Shown here in pieces: positions 24,427-37,275 of a stretch of 64,000 nt of DNA. Positions within the stretch are counted from its first letter, which is position 1. The number at the start of each line of letters is the position of its first letter. The notes under the pieces were generated by a model that saw only the letters and a program-made list of their open reading frames with translations, was not told the origin of the DNA and made no database searches. This DNA comes from Paraspadella gotoi (Eukaryota > Animalia > Chaetognatha), in NCBI GenBank assembly GCA_051294375.1, contig CM119270.1, forward strand, positions 14,792,046 through 14,856,045, given 5' to 3'. The position numbers and the translations under genes were made by a program.

Positions 24427-27099
24427 TGGGTCGAAACTGATCAGAGTTCCCGCGAAGGAAGTTCTCACTGCATTAGTCACGAGTCGAATGGTGGGAGGAA
24501 AAAAGAGGGTGAAAAGTGGGCAGAGAAAATCTGGGGGTGGAATCACTGGGCGAAAAGAGAAAGGCAGTGGGTACGGGTAGGGAAAAGATAGACACTGCGG
24601 CGCAGAAATAGTGCCCACTTGTTGGCCTCGAATGCACCAATTAGTTAAAATTTTAAAAAAATATTCATGGAACTTCTAGTTGCCATGGGAACGGGTCCTG
24701 GGCTTGGAAACCAGGCTTGAGGGTTTTCCAAGGCCCCAAGGCCTTGGCAAGGCGGTTTACGGCCGTCCTCACGATTGCCGCTTGGTAGGTACCGGGTTGG
24801 GATTGTATCCGGTACTCTAGTGGTCAAGAGCTGATGGTTTTACTCGATGAGCCCCGGGGTCACGACCGAAGGTGTCAGGCGGGGTGAACTTAAGCAATGC
24901 CCGACTACCATTTTATAATTAAATTGGTCAAGGTTATTTCTACAGGTTAGCATCGATAACATTTTTTTTTATCCGACAGAGGGTCATGAAGGAAAGAAAA
25001 AAAAAAGAATAATTTTCATCTTAGAAATGATAATAAAAACGTTTAGGGAGAGAAGGCGGAGCTAAAGAGAGACCGAATGGATTCGATGTGGAAAATGATG
25101 GCGGATGGGTGAGAATGAGNNNNNNNNNNNNNNNNNNNNNNNNNNNNNNNNNNNNNNNNNNNNNNNNNNNNNNNNNNNNNNNNNNNNNNNNNNNNNNNNN
25201 NNNNNNNNNNNNNNNNNNNNNNNNNNNNNNNNNNNNNNNNNNNNNNNNNNNNNNNNNNNNNNNNNNNNNNNNNNNNNNNNNNNNNNNNNNNNNNNNNNNN
25301 NNNNNNNNNNNNNNNNTAAGTTGATGAAAATGATGAGGAGTAGGGTAAGGAAGAGGATGAGGAAGAGAAAGAGGAATAGAATGAGAAAGAGGATGAGGAA
25401 GATGATGAGAAAGAGGATGAGGAAACGGAAGAGGATGAGTAGTAGGGTGAGGTTTGGGTGACGAAGGAAAGAAGGCCGGAAGGGAATTGAAAAGACCGGA
25501 AATATGCGTTTCCTCTTACAATGTAATCCCGTTGCTTTTGCGTATCACGCAAGAGTGACCTTCAACGCCGGCCGCCAGCGACGCCGCCGTTTCCGCCGTT
25601 TCCGCCGCCGCTCCCGCTTCCGCCGCTGCCGCCGCCTTTTCGAATTTCGTCCGAGGCTTGAAAAGAAGGAATGAGAAGGAAAATAGNNNNNNNNNNNNNN
25701 NNNNNNNNNNNNNNNNNNNNNNNNNNNNNNNNNNNNNNNNNNNNNNNNNNNNNNNNNNNNNNNNNNNNNNNNNNNNNNNNNNNNNNNNNNNNNNNNNNNN
25801 NNNNNNNNNNNNNNNNNNNNNNNNNNNNNNNNNNNNNNNNNNNNNNNNNNNNNNNNNNNNNNNNNNNNNNNNNNNNNNNNNNNNNNNNNNNNNNNNNNNN
25901 NNNNNNNNNNNNNNNNNNNNNNNNNNNNNNNNNNNNNNNNNNNNNNNNNNNNNNNNNNNNNNNNNNNNNNNNNNNNNNNNNNNNNNNNNNNNNNNNNNNN
26001 NNNNNNNNNNNNNNNNNNNNNNNNNNNNNNNNNNNNNNNNNNNNNNNNNNNNNNNNNNNNNNNNNNNNNNNNNNNNNNNNNNNNNNNNNNNNNNNNGATA
26101 ATAGTAAGCTCAGCCAGATTCTTTCAACTTTCAATAATTAATATCTCACAGTTCATTTTATTAACTTATTGAGATATTACATTCCGTTGTTCTGGCCATC
26201 AGTTGATGTTTCCCTTGCATCAGAAAACAACTCTCCACTCTGACAAGTGCACCCTTTCCTCAGAGAAATATGGTTTCCGTCGAGTCCCAGTTAAAACCTC
26301 ATTATGCTAACATTCGTGGTTTTCTCTCTCCACGCGCGGTTTTGAAATTTCCCGTTTTTAGTCTCGGGCGCTTGCGGGACCCTAATTAGTAATTAGTAAT
26401 GAGTCGTTTTGTCGGTCGGTCCGTTGGTCGTTTTGTTTATTCAAAGTCATCGCGCTGATAAAAAGATTATTATTTTTGTGAGCTCGAAATTAGTAAAAAA
26501 TGTAATGAAGCGTCTATGTATTTTTGAGTCGCAGTTGAGTTTTTTTATATTTCAAATCGTAAAAAAATCATTATATACGTACATAACTAAAAATAAAGTA
26601 TTAAAATGAAATCATGTATACTCTTTACATATATGAAATTTAGTAAAAGCGTTTCCTCCGACTTTACATTCCTCGTGAAATGTTTTGACTTTGCTTTCGT
26701 TTTTTTTTATTCTTTCCTTTCAGAACAGTTTTCGCTTGGACAGTTTTCCTAAGTCAGATTTTTTCAGCTCTGGTCGTCCCGGTCGACGCCGCAGTTTTGG
26801 CTTTTGGCCCCGCTGTTGCCACTCGACGATGTTGACGCCGTGGATGCTGTTGATTCTGTTAATGCTGTAGACGATGTCGACGGCGTCGACGCAGTTAATG
26901 CGGTTGTCCAATCGTCAAGAGTCTCATTTGTGAAAAATGGAAGTCGGTTGGCTGCTTTCGACGTTGTTGTCGTCGTTCGGTTTCCTTTTTTTTTTTCGTT
27001 GTCNNNNNNNNNNNNNNNNNNNNNNNNNCGAGAAAGAAAAGGGAAAGAAGAAAAACGAAAGAAAAAAAAAAAAACGAAAAAACACTTCAGATTTTCTCC

Positions 27100-30000
27100 T
27101 CTGGGAGATGGGGGGATTTCTGATACACAAACAAAAACAAAAAAATTTCCCCCGAGGGGAAATTATTATATATATTTTCCGCGCCCATACTATATTATCT
27201 TATTAAATTCTATAAATGCATTGCGTTTCCAAACACTAATACCTTTCGAGTTTGCCATCCTGGTAAGAAACACAACTAGTAATCATTCAAAAAACAATAG
27301 ACCAACCCTTGCTCGCGATAATCAATCACTGGACTTGAGATCAATGTGCCAATGTTTTCTCTTAATATCTTTCTCTGTTTCTTCTTCCGTTCCTCGACCT
27401 GTAAACTCGGCTTCCTTGGCTTCTTCTTTGTTGACTGGTTTTCTTGAACGAGACCTAATAAGAACCGTAAAGCCGAAAATCGAACATAACGTAAAACTGT
27501 CCCTGGGTCATCGAAAATTAGCCTGATATGTTATTAGCCCATTTTTTTGTCACTGACGGCCTACTCTTAAGGACCTGATTAAAATTCAAAGTAATTTGGT
27601 GATTTTCGAGAACACCCCGCCGTCACACCTGCCCTCTTCTTTTTTTTCTCAAGGCCGACGTTCTCTCGTTTAATAGAAAAAGAGAGATCGCAGATTTTTC
27701 AAGAGAAATTCGACGCTTCGAACAAAAAAAAAAGTTTTGCGGATTTTGGATTCAAGATGCGCGACGAAAAAACTCGTGGGCGTTGATGGGAGAGGATTAG
27801 CCGCAGATGATCGAAACTGGGCGGAGAAGAGCATGAGATGAGATGAGAATCTTGATCAGGGTGGTACATTGAGATAACTTTAAGATGTGAGCATTAATGG
27901 AGATCGCCATGGGAAGGAAGAGAAGACATTAATAGAGAAGAAAGAGAAGAGAGAGAAAGAAAAGAGAAGAGGGAGTCGGAAGAAAAAACACAGCAGAAGA
28001 GAGAAACCAAAAGAAACAAGCAAAGAAAAGGCAGACCGAAGAAGAGAAGAAGAAAGAAAAAAAAAAAAAAAAAAAAGAAGTAATGATAGGAAAGAGGGAT
28101 AAAGAGAAGAAAGAGAAACGACCCCTAATTTAGAGAAGTGAAGAAAAAGAGTAAAGACATGTTTTAAGATAAGCGACCAAGCGAAAACAGATGACGTATC
28201 GGATGATAAGAGAAGGAGAAGGAGATTTTAAAAACGATATTAATAATGAATCCTTTATGTCCTCCCCTCTCCAGCCTAATTAGGGCGAACATTAACAAAA
28301 CGGAGAGGAAAAAACAAATATGGCGTTATGAGGGGTCGCTCCCGTTTTCGACCGCTCTCCCCCGGTGATAAATGAGAAACTATTCAAAAAAAATGGTTCT
28401 AATTAAGAGTGCTGACCAAAAAGAGGCGGAAAGAAGGACATAAGGGAAGATTATAAAGGGACGAAACAAGAAGGGGAAAAGAAGAAAGAAGATAAGTGGG
28501 GGGAAATAGTAAAAAGGAAAAAAAAAAAAAAAAGAAAAAAAAAAAAGATGACGAGAGAAGGAGCGACAAAACCGAGAACAAGTTGAGACAGAAAGATAGG
28601 ATTAAAGGGAAGATATAAAAAGAAGGATGAGAGAAATTAGCAGGAGAACAAGAGAGGGGGAAAGTAGAAATGCTTGCCGGGAAATAGTAAAAGGGAGAAA
28701 GATGAGAAATTTGAGAACCAAGAGAGGGAAAGAAGGAATAGTGCGGGAGTATTAAAAGGGGTGAGAAAGAGAGAAATTTGAGAACAAGAGAGGGGAAAGA
28801 CAGTAATTAGTGGGGGAGATATTAAAAGGGAAAAGAAAGAGAGGAAATTAGAACAAGAGTGGGGAAAAGACAGCGAAATAATTGGGGAGATAGTAAAAGG
28901 GAGCAAGAGAGAAATTGAGAACAAGAAGTGGCGAAAGAAACAAGGTAATAATGGGGACGATAGTAAAAGGGAGCAACGAGAGAAATTTGAAGCAGAGAAA
29001 CTTGATTTGGCGAATCGCGTCGAATTGACATATCGTTATGGTAATTTTTTACCAGCGACGACGACTGCAAGAAAGCAGGACGCCGATTGTTTACAGTTTG
29101 GATTGAATGGGAAAAAGGCAATGTGGCCCGCGGAAAGTTTCGGCCCCGGCTCTTCGCCAAAACTGAAATTATTTGCGCGCAATATGTAATGTATTATCCC
29201 AAAAGAAATACTATTCTGCGAAAACAAACATATACATAATTTTGACCAAATCTGCTCCCGCGTTCTGTTTGTTGTTACATTGGACTTTTGACTACGTGGA
29301 CGTGACGATGACGCACGTGGACAACGACGACGGTGACAATGAATGACTTATGTTACGCACGACGACGACGACAATTAAAAAGAATTTGTGACGGACTAAA
29401 CTTTTTGAACTTAAGTCAATGATGAAAGTTGGCCAAAAGAAAAGAAAAAGAGCGAGGAAATTAGAAAAAAAAAAAAGCGAAAGAGACGGACGAGGCAGAG
29501 CGAAATGGAAAGGATCAAGAAAAATTTGAAAAAAGACACAAATGAAGCGAGAGAAAGAAAATTGAAAAAAAAAAAAAAAAAGGCGAGAGCAAAACGAGAA
29601 AAAAAAACTGGAGAAAATTGAAAAGCGAGAAAAAATAGTAGACTAATATTTTTAAAATAGGGAAAAAAGAGAGAAGCAGGAAAGAGCGTAAAAGTAAAGA
29701 GAAAAAAAGAAAAGATTAAAATAGGATAAAGGACGAAAAGGAGCGAGAGAGAGCTGAGAGGAGAGAGAGAGAGAGAGAGAGAGAAGAGAGAGAGAGACAA
29801 AAACGGGGGAAAACACGAATAAAACAAAGCGCAACAATTAGCGAACAAGCAGAAAAAAGAGAGAAGACAAAACAAACGGATTTCTTGTGAATTTACATTA
29901 AAACGAGAGGCAAAACGATTACTTTCGTCGTTCACGGAATAAAAACAAACAAATTGACAAATGGAAGCATGCATATGGAGCAGGCCGATAAGGAGCAGGC

Positions 30001-33000
30001 GAAGGAGAATGCGATAAGGGAGCAGGCGATAAGAAGCAGTCGATAAGGAGCAGGCGGGCCATCCTCGGGTTTTTTTTAGCATTAAATTTCCTCGTTTACT
30101 TTATTTTTTTTTAAGTTTCAAAACTCGGACGTCGCGATTTAAAATAATTTTTATAATTTTTATTACCCAAAAATCGAAATTAAATCTTTCGATTCCAGTC
30201 GATCAAAAACCCACATAGAACGCCAAAACCGCAAATTGTGGGAAAGTATAAGCGATATTATACCCCAAATAAAGTAAACTTGAGACTACACCCGAACAAA
30301 GAAAGCATACAACAATTCTGTGCTTTCTCCATTTCCCTTCTATGTTCATTGTTGATGGTCGCGGTTAAATTCTTTTTTTTTTCCTTCACCGCTTGGATGT
30401 ATAGTTCTCCAGTCTCGACTATTTTGTAAAAAAAAAATATTTGACAAAAAATTTAATCATGGTGCGATGAAAAGAAAAAAAACAACTGACAACAAACAAT
30501 CTATTTTCATGTTTTTGTTGTTCGGCGACTCCAATTATTTCTTTTTTTTTTCCCCCCAGAACAAGATTTTTTTTTTCTGATTCAAATAACAACTGAAAAT
30601 CTATTTTCTCCTTTTCTGCTTGCTGATGCTGATGTCGCCGCTGGTTCCATATCCAGAAAAAAGAATCTCTCTCGCAAGCCAAACGGCGAAAGAAAGAAAT
30701 TGGAAAAAAAAAAAATATTCAGCCTCCATTCTTTCTCTCTCTCTCCTTCTTTCTTAACCATCTTCCTCACACCCCTGATTTAAAATCACGGCAGGCAGAG
30801 GGCAAGCCATATCTCTTTTCATGAATAATTCTTTCGTTAAAGCAATTAAAAAGCATTCCGCTCTTTCTCTTTTTGTTTTTGTTTTTTTTTAAGATACCAA
30901 AAGAAGAGATGAGGAGCGCAGTTTATGAAGAAATAAAAACGCCGTTAAAATTAAAATGCATGAATTATACCATTGATGAGGATGGAAATAGTGAGAGAAG
31001 AGGAGAGATAGTGGTTATCGTGAAGAGTGGGCGAGGAAGAAGTAGGATAAAAAGGAACTGGCGTTGATTCCCGGGATGCAGACGAAAGTTGGTCAACGTT
31101 GCAATAGCGTGGTTTCGATTGCGAAAAGATATGCGAGGGATTTGTGAAGAGAGGAGCTGGGGGGAGGAAGCAGAGGGGGGAAACAGGGTAGGGGGAGCAA
31201 AGAAACAGGCAAATATGTGGGAGTTGAAGAATTCAGAGCGTGGACGCGGATGCGAAAAGGATGGCCGGGCATCTGGGAATAGGGGCGGCAGGCCCGAGGA
31301 CTGAGCGTGGCGGGAAATATTACATCACTGACGAATGCCCTTGTTTTTCTTACGCTGTACATGGAGGCGTTAAAAGAAAGTCGAGAAGAGCCAGAGCGAG
31401 AGAGAAAACGGGCACCCAATACAGAGGAGCGAGACGGAGAGCGCGAAACGACCGGAGAGAATAAAAGGAATTTTTGCTTGAATAAAATCCCTGATTAGCA
31501 GAAACACTTTGTGCCGTCTTGTCAAGGCAAAAGAAGGCCGAAACCGCCGACCCACGCAGTCAGTTGACGTTGCCGACGCAGCTCAGTAGACGATGACTGT
31601 TGCGGGTTTTTTCTCCTCATAAACAAACGCTATACGGGGTTTAAGTAGTCCCAATTATAATCTCCATTTATAATAAAGACCGCGATTCCAATTTGACATT
31701 ATTAAAACGTATATAGACAAACATAGCGACAAACGTGAATTAGGCCGAGGACAAACGCTTAAATCTGAAAGAGAATCTTAATTATTAATTTCACAAATAC
31801 ATTTCAAGTATTCAACAAAAATATTACCTTAGTTTCAATAGTTTAATCTCTTAAATTAACCTACTTTTGACCCAATAAAGAAGCTTTAGAATTGCAGCGT
31901 AGGAAAAAATAAGGAAACTTCTAAACAATAGGAAAGCCAGGAATTATTTAAGTCACGATTCATGCTCCTAAATATAGGTTCAGTTTCCTCGATTCAAACG
32001 GACAGAGTTAAACTCAGAATAAAATCTTTAAATATCTCTAACAATGACAGTCGACCACTGTTCGTTTAGAAGCTGCGAAAAAAGCGCTGAAGACTCTCCA
32101 CTCCAGTTGCAGTCGTTCAGGATGCGTTCGTTCGCCGCCACGACGGCCGTACGAGGAAGTTAATTAAAAACATTATTATGTTATAACATATAACATAGTA
32201 ACATAGTACTCTGGGAGTGAATAAACGGGACTGGTGATAGAGTCTTGATTGAAGCTGCAGGGACCTGCTATTGTAATTTATCTTGTTAAGAGTGATGCGA
32301 GGCCTTAAACCACCAAAAGCGCCTGTCCAAAGTCAGGGGCAAGATAGGTATTATTAAATGAATGGATAATTTTTATATTGTTGTACCCCAATTTCATATA
32401 AACAAAAAATATAAAAGACGTCAAGTAATAAATGCGACAGCACGTCAAAAAAATAATTCGAAAACAAAACAAAAAATATGAAAAAAAAACATCTTAAATG
32501 GTATATAACCTTAAATAAAACCGGTTTTTCCAAGATAAAGGCTAGTAAGAAAAATTCTCTACATGGATCTATGCACGTAAATCTCTGCTACTTGCGACGT
32601 TAACCTTCGGCCTTTTGGCCATTTGTTGGATAACAATATCCTACCAAATTAAACCTAAAAAAGAATTTCTCTCACATTTTTAATAAACATTACGGAATCA
32701 ATTTTTCAATATTACTCGAGTATTTTTTGTTTTGTTTTTTTCACAAACTTCATCTATTGACTATAAAAATTTAGTATTTTTTTGTAAAAACATCAATATG
32801 CAAAATAGGATTTTAAGATGAATATTCAAATCAATTTTGTGACATAGACAGCCGAAAAAATGAAAAAAAAAAAAATTATTTTGGCTTTAAATGCTTTGTG
32901 CCATTGTCTGTTGGTAAACTCAGGGAGAACAGTTTAAAAAGCGAGATTGGCATGACGGTTCAGGTCAGTAGCGTTAGTCTCCAGAGCCAGAGCAAAACTG

Positions 33001-35963
33001 GGTAAGTTTTTCTTGTCAATTGCCATCTTACCCCCCATTTCACTTCCTTGCCTCACGCATGTCACCGTCAGTCACTGATCAACCGCCTACCGTATGCCGT
33101 CGCCGTCGCGTTCACTTTCTCCGGAATTAATCGCCCTATATCACAATGAAGGAAACCACGAGAGAGAGAGAGAGAGAGAGAGTGAGAGAGAGGAGAGCGA
33201 GAGAGAAGAAGTGTAGAAAGTCCGAAACTGATCAGAGTTTCCCGCGAACGGAAGTTACCACTGCATATAGATCCGAGATCGATGCAGATGCCGTGGGAGG
33301 GAAAGAGAGGTGAAAAGTCGGGCAAGAGAAAATCATTCATGGGGGTGGAATCACTGGGCGAAAAAGAGAAAGGAGGGGTACGCGGTAGGCGAAAGATAGG
33401 ACACTGCGGCGCAGAAATAGTGCCCAACTTCGTTGGCCTCGAATCTGCACCAATTAGTTTAAAATTTTTAAAAAAATACTTCATTGGAACTTCTAGCTTG
33501 CCATGGGAACGCCGGTTCCTGCGGCTTCGGAAACCAGGCTTGAGGCGTTTCAAGCGCCCCAAGCGCCTTGCGCAAGGCGGTTACGGCCGTCCTCACGATT
33601 GCCCGCTTGGCTAGCGTACCGGAGTTGCGATTGTATCCGGGTACTCTAGTGGTCAAGACTGATGGTTTACTCGATGAGGCCCCAAGCGGTCACGCACCGA
33701 ACGGTGTTCACGGCGGCGGTGAACTTAAGCACATGCCCGACTACCACTTCTATAATTAAATTTGGTCAAGCCGTTATTCACAGGTTAGCATCGATAACAT
33801 TTTTTTTATCCGAACAGAGCGGTCATGAAGGAAATAAAAAAAAAAAGAATAATTTTTCATCTTAGAAATGATTAATAAAAACGTCTAGGGACGAAGAAAG
33901 GCGGAGGCTAAAGAGCAGACCGAATGGATTCGATGTGGGCAAAAAATGATGGCGGCATGGGTGAGAATGAGGTTTGAGGAAGAGGATGACGAGTAATGGT
34001 GAGGATGGAGAGCTGGGCTGCAGCGCGGTAGGCGTGAGCGAAGGAGGCCCATGATGAGCTAAGCGGCTAGAGGAAGCAGGCGATGAGAGAGTTAGGGTGC
34101 AGCGAAGCAGGATGAGGAACCAATGATAAGCACATTAGGGTGGAGAAAAGGATTGAGGAAGAGGCCATGAAGAAGAGAATCGATGAAGCGGATGCAGGAG
34201 AGCTTGCAAGGAGTAACAGTTGATTGAAATTGATGAGGAGTAGGGTAAGAAGACTGATGAGGGACAGAGAAAGGGAATAGGAATGAGAAAGAGGATGAGC
34301 GAAGATGAATGAGACAGAGGATGACGGAAACGGTCCAAGAGCGCATGAAGTAGAGGGTAGGTTTGGCGGTGACGAAGGAAAGAAGGCCGGAAGGGAATTT
34401 GAAAAGACCGGAAATATGCGTATTCCTCTTACAATGTAACTCCCGTTGCTTTTGCGACTATTCACGCCAAGCAGCTGACTTCAACGCGGCCCGCCAGCCG
34501 ACGCCGCCGTTTCCGCCGTTCCCGCCGCGCCTCCGCTTCCGCGCTGCCGCCGCCTTTCTCGAATTTCGTTCCGAGCGCTTGAAAAAGAAGGACATGAGAA
34601 GGGAAAATAAGAAGCGAAAAAAAGGGAAATGAAGGATTAAAAGCGAATTGTTCTTTAAATAAAATGATTCGGAAAATCGCGTGCGCAGAAAAACTACGAA
34701 CTTAACCAAGCGTTTGAATTCGCACGGCCAGAAAGCGGCGGCGAAATGGGGGGGGGGAAAAGCCCTAAATACATTACTAACGCGGCTATATAATTGCTAT
34801 TGCGAAACTAATTTGTCATACCATTCGTTAATAATCAGTTGTTTAGTTGCATTTGTTGATCGTCGTTAAGTCGTTACTCGTTTACATAGTTCGGTCGAGT
34901 GATCGCATCATTATTGCTTTGTCGTGAAATTATTATTCCCTGACTTCGCGGCGGAGTTGTTAAAGTGTCAATCCCTTTTACAAGATCAAATAGTAAAGCT
35001 CAGCCAGATTCTTTCAACTTTCAATAATTAATATCTCACAGCTTTCATTTTATTAACTTATTGAGATATTACATTCCGTTGTTCTGCGCCCATCAGTGAG
35101 TTTCCCTTGCCATCAGAAAACAACCCTCCTCCCACTTCTGACAAGTGCACCCTTTCCTCAAGAAATATGGTTTCCGTCCGAGTCCCAGTTTAAAACCTCA
35201 TTATTGCTAACATTCGTGGTTTTCTCTCTCCACGCGCGGTTTTGGAAATTTCCCGTTTTTTTAGCTCTCGGGCGCTTGCGGGACCCTAATTAGCTAATTT
35301 AGTAATGCAGTCGTTTTGGCGGTCCGGTCCGATTGGCGTCGTTTTGTTTATTCAAAGTCATTTCGCGCCTGATAAAAGCATTTATTATTTTTTGCTGCAC
35401 GCTCGAAAATTTGTAAAAAATGTCGTGAAGCGTCTATGTATCTTTTGAGTCGCCAGTGAGTTTGGTATATTTTCAAATCGCTAAAAAAATCGATTATATA
35501 CGCTACAGAACTAAAAATAAAGTACTGTAAAATGAAATCATGTTATACTCTCTCTACATATATGAAATTTCAGTAAAAGCGTTTTCCTCCGACTTTACAT
35601 TCCTCGTGAAATGTTTTGACTTTGCCTTTCGTTTCTTTTTTATTCTTTCCTTTCAGAACGTTTTCGCCTTGGACAGTTTTCCTAAGTCAGATTTTTTCAG
35701 CTCTGTCGCTCCCGGTCGACGCCCCCCGCCAGTTTTGGCTTTTGGCCCGCTGGCTTGCCGCTCGACGTTGTTGACGCCGTGGATGCTGTTGATTCTGTTT
35801 ATGCCTTGTAGACTGATGCCTGTCGACGGGCCACGTCGACGCAGTTAATTGCCGGTTGTCCAATCGTCCAAGAGTCTCATTTGTGAAAAAATGGAACGTC
35901 GGCTTGCTGCCTTTCGACGTTGTTTGTCGTCGGTTCGGTTTCCTTTATTTTTTTTTCGTTGTC
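27100..35963 (+). repeat. Noisy direct copy of about 19100-27003
   Basis: Same anchors in the same order, with dense, mostly 1-nt insertions. Confidence 0.92.
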
Positions 35964-37145
35964 GACGCAGCGAACCGTAGGAGAGTTTGCGCGCTGGATG
36001 GAGGAGGGCGCGGAAATGTCGCAGAAGCGTCGAAAGGGAGGGGAGAGGGTAAGTGGGGGTCAGGATCGAGAGGAGGGCCTGAAAACAGGTTCACGCTCGG
36101 GGAGAGAAGCGTCAAGAAAGATTGACGAAGGAAGGTCATTCGGGGGCAGAGAGGCGCGGGCAGGGTCATTCTTGCCTCGCTTCGATCCTCAACGACCTCC
36201 GTCGACCTCAAGAGGCAAATTGGGAAATTCGAGGTCATCAACGCCAAAAGTTTATCTGTTGAGATNNNNNNNNNNAAAGGATAAAGCAAGGGGGGAAGAA
36301 ATCATGGAAGAAAACGACAAGAATCAAAGAGGAACTAGCAAGGATGTAAAGTGGATAAAAGTATAATTACTTCATAAAAACTTTTCAAGAATTCAGGGGG
36401 AAAACGCAGTAAAAACACGAAGAAAAAATATAAGTCGATGAGTTCGAGTCATGCAAAGAAAATTGAAAAACTAGAGGGATTGCCAAGTTTGCGTCGTTAA
36501 CGTTCGTAATTTTATTACTTTTTCTCGCCTCAGAAAAAGCTAAACCCTTTTTTTTTTTTTTTTTTGAATAGCCGTTTTTAACGGTAAAGAGTTAGAAAAA
36601 AACAGGACTGAAGAAAAGATGAAAAAAAAATCGGAAAAGGAGCAAAGGAAAAGAAAAAGAAGGGGAAAAAAAGGTTAAAAAAGAAAAGAAAGGAGGAAAA
36701 GGAGCAAAGGAGCAAAAGGAGGAGGAAAAAAAAAGGAGGAAGCAATGCTCATTTCGGTCGACGCCCCCTTTCTCGTCGAAACCCAAGGAAAATTAACGGA
36801 GGGAAAGAAAGAGTTTTCGGCTGCCATCTTCTTATCTAACGTTTTCTTTTCTCTCAACCTCCACTTGTACCTTACCTTACTCACTCACTTACCATCACCA
36901 CTTAAACTCAGTGTCTGCGTCTGAACAACTCACATTCATTCTTTCATCATCTTAACCAGTAACGAATTCAATTCTTTGCAACTTACCTTTAATAACACAC
37001 CCGCGCCTTAACTAATAACCCTTTCCCACTCTTTCGCTTTACCAATCCTTTTTACTTACCCTCTCTCTACGTCTCTACCTCTACTCTACCCGACTCAGCC
37101 TTACCTCACTCACCCCGATTCTCCCTTCAACCCCCCCCTTCTCAG

Positions 37146-37275
37146 GTGCCGGCAACACGGAGGTGAAGTTCAACAAAGATGGCGACGGTTTCGGTCGCTA
37201 CAACATCTTCCAATTCCAAAAGGATCCGTTCACGCAGAAGTACGGATACGTCAGGATCGGAGAGTGGGAGAACAG
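37146..37275 (+). CDS. mGluR: mGluR-like exon: end of Venus flytrap domain
   Basis: ctcag acceptor and gtaag donor; 130 nt (phase 1 to 2); (G)[42 protein letters not shown]. Confidence 0.92.

Larger units (their letters stand above)
18955..27003 (+). repeat. About 8 kb duplicated block (18955-24192 matches 3720-8952; the whole block recurs at about 27100-35963)
   Basis: Colinear unique anchors such as gatatcaatcactgacttgatc, gagtgaataaacgggactg and ccagaggcagagcaaactgg. Confidence 0.93.

Noticed and set aside
25320-25450. Acidic E/D-rich or Ser-rich protein segment
   Set aside because: gaggatgag low-complexity tract next to a gap; the frame is not conserved in the duplicate at 33970-34350.
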